From Candidatus Bathyarchaeia archaeon (GTDB taxonomy: Archaea > Thermoproteota > Bathyarchaeia > Bathyarchaeales > Bathycorpusculaceae), in the NCBI GenBank assembly GCA_037481775.1, contig JBBFKZ010000003.1, positions 32,001 to 96,000 of the forward strand: 64,000 nucleotides of DNA, given 5' to 3'. Of this stretch, positions 55,456-64,000 are shown piece after piece. The first letter of the stretch is position 1; each line of letters begins with the position of its first letter. The position numbers were made by a program, and so were the translations under genes. The notes beneath the pieces are model-generated. The model was not told the origin of the DNA. It did no database searches and saw nothing but the letters and a program-made list of their open reading frames with translations.

Positions 55456-56616
55456 ATGGGCCAAACAAAGCTATGCGTTGTCACCCATACCTTTCTGCCT
55501 CACGTAGGCGGGATAGAGAAGGTTGTTTATGAGCAGTGTAAACGTTTGATGCGGAAGCAGTTTGAGCCTACGGTGGTGACACATAGAAATTACACGGCTA
55601 AAAATTATGTTGTTGATGGAATAGGTGTCAAATGCTACGATGCGGTTAACATCGGATTTAGGCTCGGAATCCCCTACGCTATTCCGCAGATTAGCAGCTT
55701 CAGAACTTTTTTGGAAGCAGTAAAAGCCAGCGACCTCATACATGCACATGGTCATCCATATCCATCTTCTCTTATCGCTGCGAAAATCGCAAAGAAATAT
55801 GGGAAACCGGTGGTGCTCACGCAGCACAACACGTTCATAGAGTATGAAAACAGCCTCTGGGATCATGTGGAATGGCTAAATGACTGCGCCATTGGAAGAG
55901 AAGCCTTGAAAGCTTCTGACAGAATAGTTGTCGTCAGCAATGCAACGCGAAATTACGTTTTGAGTTTAGGAGCAGATCCTAAAAAGGTATGTGTGCTCCA
56001 CAACGGCGTCGACGTAGACCGCTTCAAACCCTTAGCGGGTGTAAGAGATGAAATGAGAAAGAAACTGGGAATCCCTGAAGCATCACGCGTCGTTTTAACA
56101 GTTAGGCGAATAGTTTACAAGAATGGTGTTGACACGCTAATAGATAGCGCAGAAAAGTCGATTCGGAAGAACCCGCGCTTAGTTTTTCTTGTAGTGGGCA
56201 AAGGACCTGACTTTGAGAAGGTAAAAGAAAAAATAGTCCAGCTGGGAATACAGGAAAATTTCAGGCTCACAGGTTTTGTTTCCGACGATGACTTGCCATT
56301 TTATTATAATGCCGCAGACTTCTTTGTCTTGCCCTCAAAGTCTGGAGAAGGCTTGCCACTAGTGGCGCTTGAAGCCATGGCTTGCGGATTGCCAGTTATT
56401 GCGACAAATGTTGGAGGAATCTCTGAAATTATGAAAGAGGAATGCGGGAAGCTCGTGCCGCCTAATTCACCTGACGTTCTCGCAGAGGCAATATTAGAGT
56501 TTTCTAGAAGAGAGTTGGCTTCTCTCAGAAGAGACTTACGCGTAATGGTTGAGCAGGAACATAGTTGGGACAGGAACGTGGAGAAATTAATCGAAATATA
56601 CGAAGAGCTTATTTAA
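55456..56616 (+). CDS. GT4-family glycosyltransferase
   Basis: GGIE, NGVD, EGLPLVALEAMACG. Confidence 0.93.
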   Translation: MGQTKLCVVTHTFLPHVGGIEKVVYEQCKRLMRKQFEPTVVTHRNYTAKNYVVDGIGVKCYDAVNIGFRLGIPYAIPQISSFRTFLEAVKASDLIHAHGHPYPSSLIAAKIAKKYGKPVVLTQHNTFIEYENSLWDHVEWLNDCAIGREALKASDRIVVVSNATRNYVLSLGADPKKVCVLHNGVDVDRFKPLAGVRDEMRKKLGIPEASRVVLTVRRIVYKNGVDTLIDSAEKSIRKNPRLVFLVVGKGPDFEKVKEKIVQLGIQENFRLTGFVSDDDLPFYYNAADFFVLPSKSGEGLPLVALEAMACGLPVIATNVGGISEIMKEECGKLVPPNSPDVLAEAILEFSRRELASLRRDLRVMVEQEHSWDRNVEKLIEIYEELI

Positions 56617-56665
56617 CCAGATTACGGAAACTATATAAAATTTCAGCGCTGGAAGTTGCAAGGCA

Positions 56666-57346
56666 ATGACATTGAAGGTAGACATGATTTCAGTAGTGAT
56701 TCCCACACTCAACGAAGCTGGGAACATCCTTGAGGAATTGACAACAATTGAGAAAGAAGTGAAATACCCGAAAGAGATTATAATTGTAGATGGAGACTCC
56801 ACCGACGGGACTAAGGAGATAGTGAAAAAAGCAAATTGCAAACTAATTGTTGAGCCCAGACGCGGCTATGGACTTGCATTGAGAACAGGCTTTAAGCATG
56901 CAAAAGGCGATGTCATAGTTATGGTTGACGGGGATGGCACTTATGAAGTAAGGCACATCAACCTTCTGGTTGACGCATTGATAAAAAACAATGCTGAATT
57001 ATGCCTTGCAACGCGAATGTACGATCCGAATAAAGCGATGGGGTTTATGAATTTTGTTGGAAACAAAATAATAACGTTCTTTTTCGACTTTTTTTACAGA
57101 CAGTTTATCAGCGATTCACAGTCTGGTTTCCGTGCTATATCACGTGCGGCAATTGAAAAGGTTGATTTAGAACAGACGGATATGGCATTCGCTACGGAGA
57201 TGCTGATACAATTCGCTAAAAAAGGCTTTAAGATGATTGAAGTGCCTTCGACTTATAAGGCAAGGAAATATGGGAAAACTAAGCTGAGAAGGATTAAGTC
57301 TGGAATAGAGATTTTCACCACCATGGTCAGAGGCTTAATAAGGTGA
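56666..57346 (+). CDS. GT2-family (DPM-like) glycosyltransferase
   Basis: IPTLNE, VDGDSTDGT, DGDGTY, DSQSGFR. Confidence 0.93.
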   Translation: MTLKVDMISVVIPTLNEAGNILEELTTIEKEVKYPKEIIIVDGDSTDGTKEIVKKANCKLIVEPRRGYGLALRTGFKHAKGDVIVMVDGDGTYEVRHINLLVDALIKNNAELCLATRMYDPNKAMGFMNFVGNKIITFFFDFFYRQFISDSQSGFRAISRAAIEKVDLEQTDMAFATEMLIQFAKKGFKMIEVPSTYKARKYGKTKLRRIKSGIEIFTTMVRGLIR

Positions 57347-57885
57347 AGACACTTTCGGAACTAAAGAAAAATATTGCCGAAAGCTTAGGCTATAACGACA
57401 GCAAAGGCCACAAAATTGCAGTGGTGCTTGCGCTGATATTTGTTTCTAGTCTTCTTTTAGGCTATTATTTTGTTTCAAGATCTCCGCCGGAAGGGTATAA
57501 CACAATTTATTTGTTGGATTATCAGCATAGAAAAGCTATAGACTATCCTGAACTTTTAGTAATCGCTGGCAACGAAGAAAACAGCACGGTTAGTGTTTGG
57601 GTTGTGGTTGAAAATCACATGGGCAGCAATCAATCTTATCAATTGTTGCAAAAAGTGGTGAGAGGTTCAATTCTTTCCTTTCCAGTTGAAGCTGAAGCAG
57701 AGCAAAGTTACATGAAGACGTTAGGGGATGGCGAAAAATGGGAGATTTTAGCGACTGTTTCCTTAAATGAACCTGGAAGTTACTCGGTGGTTTTTGAGCT
57801 TTGGGTTTATGACGCGGGTACAGAAGCTTTTGTGTTCTCTTACAATTATTGCGTTTTGAACATCGATGCTATAGAACGAACCTAA
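57343..57885 (+). CDS. DUF1616-like membrane-anchored protein
   Basis: TM then EGYNTIYLL..DYP..VENHMG..Y. Confidence 0.7.
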   Translation: MKTLSELKKNIAESLGYNDSKGHKIAVVLALIFVSSLLLGYYFVSRSPPEGYNTIYLLDYQHRKAIDYPELLVIAGNEENSTVSVWVVVENHMGSNQSYQLLQKVVRGSILSFPVEAEAEQSYMKTLGDGEKWEILATVSLNEPGSYSVVFELWVYDAGTEAFVFSYNYCVLNIDAIERT

Positions 57886-57888
57886 AAC

Positions 57889-59355
57889 TCATTGTGTAGC
57901 ATCGTGCTGTGCACAATATTCCTCTTCAGTGGGTATTCTATGAACATTGTTGTATGCGCAGAAGGGTACAATTTTCAAGTCTGGTGTGACATAGTGAACA
58001 ACGCATCTTCTGACGCGGTTTATGTCGAATGTGTATGGGTCCATGAAAGCCATGCAGCCTAGGAGGAAGATTCTTCGCCGCAAATTGGCAAGCGACTGAT
58101 AAGATGGAGAAATATGCATTTTAAGAATGGTCTTTGTAAGGGTGAATATGCCAATTTCTTTGGTAACCAAGAGCCAGTTTAGAGATTGCATAGACGCCAA
58201 AAACAGTGCCGAGAGTATAGAGAAGCGCCCTTTGGTCTTCACCGATTTCGCCGTTTTCTGCAGGACGCGGAAGAAACGCTCAAAATTAACAAAGTGATTA
58301 ATGGGGATAATTTTTCCTTTTTTTGATACGTACATCCAGTTTACGAGGCCGCACTGTGGACTGCAGGAAAACAGGGGCCAGGGCTTTTTCATGAATTTGC
58401 TCATGACTATTATAGGTGAAGTCATAATGGAAAGGGGAAAGAGATCGGTGGTTTTAATTTCGCCGTTGGTTTGCGTTTCAACTTCTTCGGCGAAGCTTGT
58501 ATCTCGCCATTCTTCTCGTAATGGATTATCAACCGCTCGACCAGTAAACGCGATAGGCTGGAAGATTATTCCCCGTATAATGTAGGAGTTCTGCGCCGCG
58601 AATCGTATAATGGCGCCAACTTCAGCGTCATTTACTCCACGCACCAGAGTAGTGACCAGTATTACTTCTATGTCATATTTACGGCAGTTTTCTATGGCTT
58701 TCATCTTGGTTTGCAGTAGCTTCTTACCGCGCAGTTTCTCGTAAATTTCATCGTGAAAACTGTCAAACTGCAAATAAACTATGTTCAAACCTTTTTCCTT
58801 GAGCTTTTTAACAAGCTCTTCGGAACGCGCCAATTTAACACCATTAGTTGCCAAGATAGTCATGAACCGCAGTTTATGCGCAGCAGCAATTATCTCCGGC
58901 ATGTCCTCGCGTTCCAGCGGTTCACCGCCTGAAAACAAGATTGCCGGCGGCTTAGGATTACGGTTGCTTAAGAACTCCAGCATATTCACTATTTTTTCTT
59001 TGCTAGGTTCGTAGTCAACTTCATGTCCGGAAAAAGTGGCAAAGCAAACAGGGCATCTTAAATCGCAGCGTTTTGTAACGTCAATTACGCCGATCACTGT
59101 GCTGGAGGCATGCTTATCACAAAAGCACGTGTAGGGGCAACCATCAGGATTCTTAGGAAAGCTTGCGTCTCCGAAATATTTGAAATAATCATATTCCTCG
59201 GCAAACTTGAAGACACAAGGACTTTCCCAATGCGCAGCGGAAAATGTTCCGTGCTCTTTACAGGTTTTGGTAAGTAAAATTTTACCGTTCACTTCAGTTA
59301 ATTCAGCATCTATTTTTTTATGGCATACTGGGCAGATGCTTTTTGTTTTCCTCAC
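57889..59355 (-). CDS. tes: Radical SAM protein, tetraether synthase (Tes/MJ0619) family
   Basis: SICPVC..CKEHG, GCP..C.C..H, CDLRCPVC, SGGEP, YLQFD, RCVVHY.TPD..VPFCAYN. Confidence 0.8.
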   Translation of the reverse strand: MRKTKSICPVCHKKIDAELTEVNGKILLTKTCKEHGTFSAAHWESPCVFKFAEEYDYFKYFGDASFPKNPDGCPYTCFCDKHASSTVIGVIDVTKRCDLRCPVCFATFSGHEVDYEPSKEKIVNMLEFLSNRNPKPPAILFSGGEPLEREDMPEIIAAAHKLRFMTILATNGVKLARSEELVKKLKEKGLNIVYLQFDSFHDEIYEKLRGKKLLQTKMKAIENCRKYDIEVILVTTLVRGVNDAEVGAIIRFAAQNSYIIRGIIFQPIAFTGRAVDNPLREEWRDTSFAEEVETQTNGEIKTTDLFPLSIMTSPIIVMSKFMKKPWPLFSCSPQCGLVNWMYVSKKGKIIPINHFVNFERFFRVLQKTAKSVKTKGRFSILSALFLASMQSLNWLLVTKEIGIFTLTKTILKMHISPSYQSLANLRRRIFLLGCMAFMDPYTFDINRVRRCVVHYVTPDLKIVPFCAYNNVHRIPTEEEYCAQHDATQ

Positions 59356-60248
59356 AGGAATCCTCCAATCACTGGCAATAGCGCCTCGATTATCAGCGAA
59401 AGCGGAAGCAACATCATGGACATCGTTATCAGCCGCTCGTATTTTCGCACATTCTCAACTATTGATGCGGAAATCACAAGGCGAATTGAAGAGTAAAGAA
59501 GAAGAACACTCCAGAGCAGCATAAGCGGCAAGTAATACAGGGTGAATTGATTTAGAAGGTAAGGCAGCGGCGTAGACAAACTTGTTACAATAAAGAAGAC
59601 AGCCGCGACCCTTACAGCGTTGGCACTGCCGATTTTCTGAGGAAGCGTTGGATACCTCACCTTGGCGTCGCCCTCTATGCTTAAAACATCCCGGAGGACA
59701 TTGCCGCCTATTGTGCCAAACGCGATGGGATACAAACTTAAAGAGGCAAAAGTTAAAGCACCCGGGCTTATCACATCAGCACCCAAGGTAACGGCTTCAC
59801 CATATAGGAAGGCGGTTCCAGTTAATAGACCAACAAGAATGTTAGCGGCGAAACCTGATTTCCGCTTGATAAATGCAGAGTATATCACAAGCAATATGGA
59901 GTCAACTATGAGAATTATGAGGCAGAGCTTGTTTATTAAAGCGGCAAGGCTGAGACCGAGGACGAAAAAGAGAACCGCAATGGTCACAACTTGCTTAAGC
60001 GACAACGCGCCGGACGGAATAGGGCGTTTTGGTTTAATAACCGCGTCGCTTTCTCTGTCAAAATAGTCATTCAGCGCAAAGCCCGCAGAAGTGATAAACG
60101 CCATAGAGAAGAATGTTAACAGCGCAACTTCTGGGTTAAGAAAGCTTTTGGTTATGGCAAAGGCAGTTAGAAGCGCTAAACCGCCTGTCATCATCCAGTA
60201 GGGAATGCGCAAAAGAGCGAAAACACCTTTAACAGCAGATGTGGTCAT
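59352..60248 (-). CDS. UbiA-family prenyltransferase (DGGGP synthase-like)
   Basis: NDYFDRESD..KPKRPIPSG; second motif DVLSIEGD; multi-TM. Confidence 0.85.
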   Translation of the reverse strand: MTTSAVKGVFALLRIPYWMMTGGLALLTAFAITKSFLNPEVALLTFFSMAFITSAGFALNDYFDRESDAVIKPKRPIPSGALSLKQVVTIAVLFFVLGLSLAALINKLCLIILIVDSILLVIYSAFIKRKSGFAANILVGLLTGTAFLYGEAVTLGADVISPGALTFASLSLYPIAFGTIGGNVLRDVLSIEGDAKVRYPTLPQKIGSANAVRVAAVFFIVTSLSTPLPYLLNQFTLYYLPLMLLWSVLLLYSSIRLVISASIVENVRKYERLITMSMMLLPLSLIIEALLPVIGGFL

Positions 60249-61189
60249 GCGAACATTCTCCTTTCCAAGATGAGCTCTCTCAAATTATCTTCAAGGCTTA
60301 TTTTCGGCTGCCAGCCTAAGACCTTCTTCACCTTGCCTATGTCAAACCAGATAGTGTTTATGTCGCCTTTCCAAGGAACATTAGTAGTAGTTATAACCGT
60401 TTTATTAGATAAACCGAGAATTTTCAGGATCATCTTAGCAAGGTCTATTATCTTTATTGTTCTACCATAACCAATGTTGAAGGTTTCTCCTATTGCCGCG
60501 TCGCTTGTAGCCGCAAGAAACAGCGCGTCCACCACATCGAAGACATGGACAAAATCGCGGGACTGCAGACCGCTACCAATTATTTCCAGTTTCTCCGGGT
60601 TTCTGCTAATTTTATTCAAAAAGTCCTCTATGACACCATGGCATCTTGGACCATAAACATTAGCTAAACGTAGAATAGTGATGTCTAGGCCATACTGCTT
60701 TGAATACATATTACAGTACTGCTCACCAACCACTTTAGACAAGCCATAACAGGAGGCTGGGCTGTAACCGTAGCTTTCAGGCGTCGGCAACACAGGAGTA
60801 TTACCGTAAACTGCCGCGCTTGAAGTGAAAACTACTCTTGCATCGTCTTTCCGCGCTTTTTCCAGCACATTTAACGTGCCCCGCGCGTTTGTTTCAAAAT
60901 CTTCTATGGGGTTCTCCATTGAGTAAGGAACAACAACTTGAGCGGCTAAATGGAAAATTACATCAGCTTTCTCTTGAGATTGAAGCTTCTTTAAATCGCG
61001 TATATCCGCCTTCACAAAGCGCACCTGCGGAACATGCTTGACGTTCTCCACTTTCCCGCTTGACAAGTTATCGTAAATTGTTAGGCTGCTGGTTAATTCG
61101 GATAATTTCTTGCAGAGGTGAAAACCTATAAAACCGGCGCCGCCGGTTACAAGTATTCTCGCTTCATTCAGTTTACCCATGAAATTCAC
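60245..61189 (-). CDS. NAD-dependent nucleotide-sugar epimerase/dehydratase
   Basis: TGGAGFIG, SSAAVYG, YGLSK, NVYGPR, RDFVHV. Confidence 0.93.
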   Translation of the reverse strand: MNFMGKLNEARILVTGGAGFIGFHLCKKLSELTSSLTIYDNLSSGKVENVKHVPQVRFVKADIRDLKKLQSQEKADVIFHLAAQVVVPYSMENPIEDFETNARGTLNVLEKARKDDARVVFTSSAAVYGNTPVLPTPESYGYSPASCYGLSKVVGEQYCNMYSKQYGLDITILRLANVYGPRCHGVIEDFLNKISRNPEKLEIIGSGLQSRDFVHVFDVVDALFLAATSDAAIGETFNIGYGRTIKIIDLAKMILKILGLSNKTVITTTNVPWKGDINTIWFDIGKVKKVLGWQPKISLEDNLRELILERRMFA

Positions 61190-61228
61190 GACAAAGTCTA
61201 TATCTTTATTTGGCTCCGTGTAGGCTAT

Positions 61229-62032
61229 ATGTCGAAGATGAAAGCTATAAAAACTTTTAGGGATTTACTTGCTTTCCTAACAATAATTCCATTAGGCAAA
61301 ACTGACGATTTTGTGGTAACCTCCGCTGAAGCCATGTTCCTATTCCCCGTAATAGGCGGATTTATAGGCCTGCTGGCTGCTGCCTACTTTACCGGCTGCA
61401 GCTTCCTAATCACGCATATCTTCTCGTTTATCAGCTCACTCAGCCAATTTCCCACGGAACTCCTGACTCAGATTCTTCCCGCTGTTATGACGCTGGCGCT
61501 TATTCTTGTTTTAACCGGGCTTCAACATTTCGATGGGCTAGTAGACTTGGGCAACGCGGTAGGCGTCGGCGGCATAAAAGAGAGAAGAGCCGCGGCGCAC
61601 GTGTGGACTGTAACGTATAAAGGTGCCTTATTAGCGATTTTTGTTGAGTTTTTGGCTGTCTTAGGACTGTTTTTAATGAAGGCAGAATCCGCGTTTGGCG
61701 TGATAATTGCAGCTGAGGTGGCAGCCAAGCTAGGTATGGTCACAATTGCTTGCCTAGGAAAATCGACACATAGCGGTTTAGGCGCCCTTTTTGTTGAAGC
61801 AGCAAAGCGTAAGCGTAACTTGGCGGCTTACTTTCTCGCAATCTTGATTGTTTATCCACTTTTAGGTTGGCTGGGCTTTTTGGCGATTTTTGTAAGTGTT
61901 CTTTTAGGCGCCTTCATGTGCGGCGTAGCCCATAACGTTTTCGGCGGCGTTTCCGGCGACGCCATAGGAGCAACAAACGAGATCACTAGAGCAACGGTTT
62001 TATTGCTTATAGCATGGGTGCTGATGTCATGA
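61229..62032 (+). CDS. cobS: Divergent CobS paralog
   Basis: AFLTIIP, TGLQHFDGLVD, GGVSGDAIGA. Confidence 0.8.
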   Translation: MSKMKAIKTFRDLLAFLTIIPLGKTDDFVVTSAEAMFLFPVIGGFIGLLAAAYFTGCSFLITHIFSFISSLSQFPTELLTQILPAVMTLALILVLTGLQHFDGLVDLGNAVGVGGIKERRAAAHVWTVTYKGALLAIFVEFLAVLGLFLMKAESAFGVIIAAEVAAKLGMVTIACLGKSTHSGLGALFVEAAKRKRNLAAYFLAILIVYPLLGWLGFLAIFVSVLLGAFMCGVAHNVFGGVSGDAIGATNEITRATVLLLIAWVLMS

Positions 62033-62649
62033 AGATTCCTGCGTTGATAATGGCTGGTGGTAAAGGCAAAAGAATGGGATCGAAAGTTGAGAAGCCAATG
62101 TTGCCTTTCTTCGGCAAACCACTAATCGATTGGGTCGCAGAAGCAGTGGCGTCGGCGGCGAAAGTTTCAGAATTTTACGTGGTCACGAGCACCAATACGC
62201 CGGAAACAGAAAGGCACTGTAAAACCAAGGGCTGGCGTGTTCTGCGAACCGACGCTATGGGTTATCATGAAGATTTGAAGCAGGCTGTTCGCGCTGCCGG
62301 CCTAGAGGGAGCGGTGCTTACTCTGCCCGCGGATCTGCCAGCGTTAACTGGAAAGTTTCTGGACAAGGTTATAAGTGAATTTGAGACATGTGGCAAAGAT
62401 TTTTTGGCGGTTTTTGTACCCATAGAAACGCGTGAATCACTGGGGCTTTCAGTTTCATCCATAGACGAACATAAGGGTGTTTGGTACGCTGTTGCCGGCG
62501 TCAACATTGTGAACGGCTCGAAGATTCAGGGAGAAGGAAAAATTGAGACAAGCGCCATAATAACCGAGGAAGTTGAGGTTCTCTTAAACATTAACACGCT
62601 GAATGATCTGGAAATCGCGGAAAAAATCATACAAAACATGAAGAGATAA
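62029..62649 (+). CDS. cobY: CobY-like NTP transferase paralog
   Basis: MAGGKGKRM..EKP, ADLP, NINT; ATGA-coupled to the cobS paralog. Confidence 0.8.
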   Translation: MKIPALIMAGGKGKRMGSKVEKPMLPFFGKPLIDWVAEAVASAAKVSEFYVVTSTNTPETERHCKTKGWRVLRTDAMGYHEDLKQAVRAAGLEGAVLTLPADLPALTGKFLDKVISEFETCGKDFLAVFVPIETRESLGLSVSSIDEHKGVWYAVAGVNIVNGSKIQGEGKIETSAIITEEVEVLLNINTLNDLEIAEKIIQNMKR

Positions 62650-62808
62650 GCGATAACGCGGCAGTGCAAAATTAAGCGAGAAATGGTTTTCGCGTGGAGC
62701 AGCGCTGTGGCGTGCTGACTGCAGTTTTCCATTAGAAACATGCATTAGCCTTGGAAGGTTTTATATAAGGCAACCGTCCGAGCAATGGAGAAAAGGAGTT
62801 GGAGCAAA

Positions 62809-62922
62809 ATGGTTAGTGCATCAATGTTGGTTTTGCTTGGTGCAGGTTCATCTTCGCTGCTTGTAGCATTTATTGAGTACGCTTATCAGCGTAGAAAGAG
62901 AAAGCAGGCTGGGCTGGCTTAG
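62809..62922 (+). CDS. Small single-TM protein (37 aa)
   Basis: MVSASMLVLLGAGSSSLLVAFIEYAYQRRKRKQAGLA, preceded by TTTTATATAA and GGAG. Confidence 0.5.
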   Translation: MVSASMLVLLGAGSSSLLVAFIEYAYQRRKRKQAGLA

Positions 62923-62930
62923 GCAAGCTT

Positions 62931-64000
62931 TCAGGCTGGCGGTTTTCTCCAGAATAGGTAGATTTTGGTTTGGGCTGTGAAGCTTAGGCGCTTAAGCGTT
63001 AGCGCTAGGTCGTCTATGCTCATGGTGGAGATTTTCGCTAGGAATTCTTCGTGCTTTGGGTAGACGCTTTTTAGTTTGGCTAGGCGTCTGCGTATGGTGG
63101 CGTCGCGTTGGGATAGCGTTTCAAGCACTGTAAGAATCTTGTTACAGCCTATTTGGTTGATTTTTTGTTTGCAGTATTCGGTGTTGGTGAGCAGCGGAGT
63201 GTCGAAGCCGAGTTTTTGCAGTTGTGTTAGCGCGTTTGTTATGTGAGGGCGGGGTTTGCTTTCGGCTATGCGTTGCATGCCGGCTTTTTCGAAGAATGGG
63301 TTGTAGCGTGCCATTACGGCGACTGTTTCTACGCAGGGTGTTCCTGCTTGTGTGAGGGTTTCGGCGACGAGTTTGGCGCCTAGGCCTATGCTGCGGTATT
63401 TTGGGTGTATTATTACTCGGCTGATGGTGCTGATTTCCCGTTGTAACTGTGTGAGTGTGCCTTTCCATGCTTTGCTGCGTCCGAAGCATGTTGGCGGCGG
63501 GTAGCTGTAGACGATTACGCCGATTGTTTCGTTTTTTCGTTTGAGAAGATTTTTAGGTGTGGTGGCAGGTGTGCGGTGCGGTAGTGGAATTGGCTGAGTG
63601 CTTTGTAGTCGTCTATTGTGCCCTGTGTGATGCGTGTTTGTCTTGTTAGGCTGCAGCTTTGGGCTTTTGCGTGTGGGTTGTAGCTTATGTGGATTTCTTT
63701 TCCGTAGCGTTTATGGATGTGTACGTTTGGTGCTAAGTCAGTTTTGATGTCGATGTGTGTGGTTGCTGCGATTACAGCTTTGCCGAGTGTGCGTGCGAGT
63801 TTTTGGAGGTTGTAGGCGATGATTTTGGCGGTGTCGCGGTCCAGTGTGCTGGTGAATTCGTCTATTATCCACCATTGTGCTGGTGTTTCTGCGAGGCGTG
63901 CGATTTGGTAGCGGTGTTTTTGGCCGTCGCTAAGTTGCGTGTATGTGCGGAGGAAGAGGAAGGCGTCGTTTAGGCCGACTTTGCTGAGGAGTTCTAGGGC
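62931..64000 (-). pseudogene. Frameshifted ABC-ATPase/GNAT paralog (5' end outside window)
   Basis: ALELLSKVGLNDAFLFLR..LSDGQK..FHYR in one frame and GVIVYSYPPPTCFG..MARYNPFFEKAGM in another; the shift is near 63545. Confidence 0.8.

Noticed and set aside
61118-61228. Long N-terminus of the cobS paralog
   Set aside because: It overlaps the divergent epimerase; homology begins near 61229.
447-63973. Many short antisense or nested ORFs in the track (e.g. 447-908, 13677-14039, 27268-27837, 47742-48260)
   Set aside because: They are shadows of well-supported genes and carry no motifs.

Overview
Archaeal chromosome segment. Gene families suggest class Bathyarchaeia (inference). Left to right: (1) 1-7.8 kb holds surface/secreted proteins (two PQQ-like beta-propeller paralogs, an Ig-like protein, a GH-A glycoside hydrolase), punctuated by three att-like repeats built from tRNA 3' ends. 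(2) A head-tail (siphovirus-like) provirus has core genes at ~8.0-44.8 kb and is integrated at tRNA-Arg(CCT) (44811-44885, minus). An exact 18-bp direct repeat lies at 3736-3753. It carries a tail module with a -1 frameshift chaperone, an inverted terminase module, an encapsulin-like capsid protein, a DISARM-like helicase/DUF1998/PLD + C5-MTase + Vsr defence locus with two unusual partner genes, an RHH switch, an ATPase and a tyrosine integrase. (3) tRNA-Leu(TAA) has a non-canonical D-loop BHB intron. (4) Host genes follow: hypA/mrp, a cobamide salvage operon, and a tetraether/glycolipid cluster with a divergent second cobS-cobY pair. (5) The window ends in a frameshifted second ABC-ATPase/GNAT gene, possibly the edge of another element. 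Best candidates for new biology are the tRNA-anchored array of integrase-less cassettes and the provirus-borne DISARM-like variant. All family calls come from motif recognition, not database searches.
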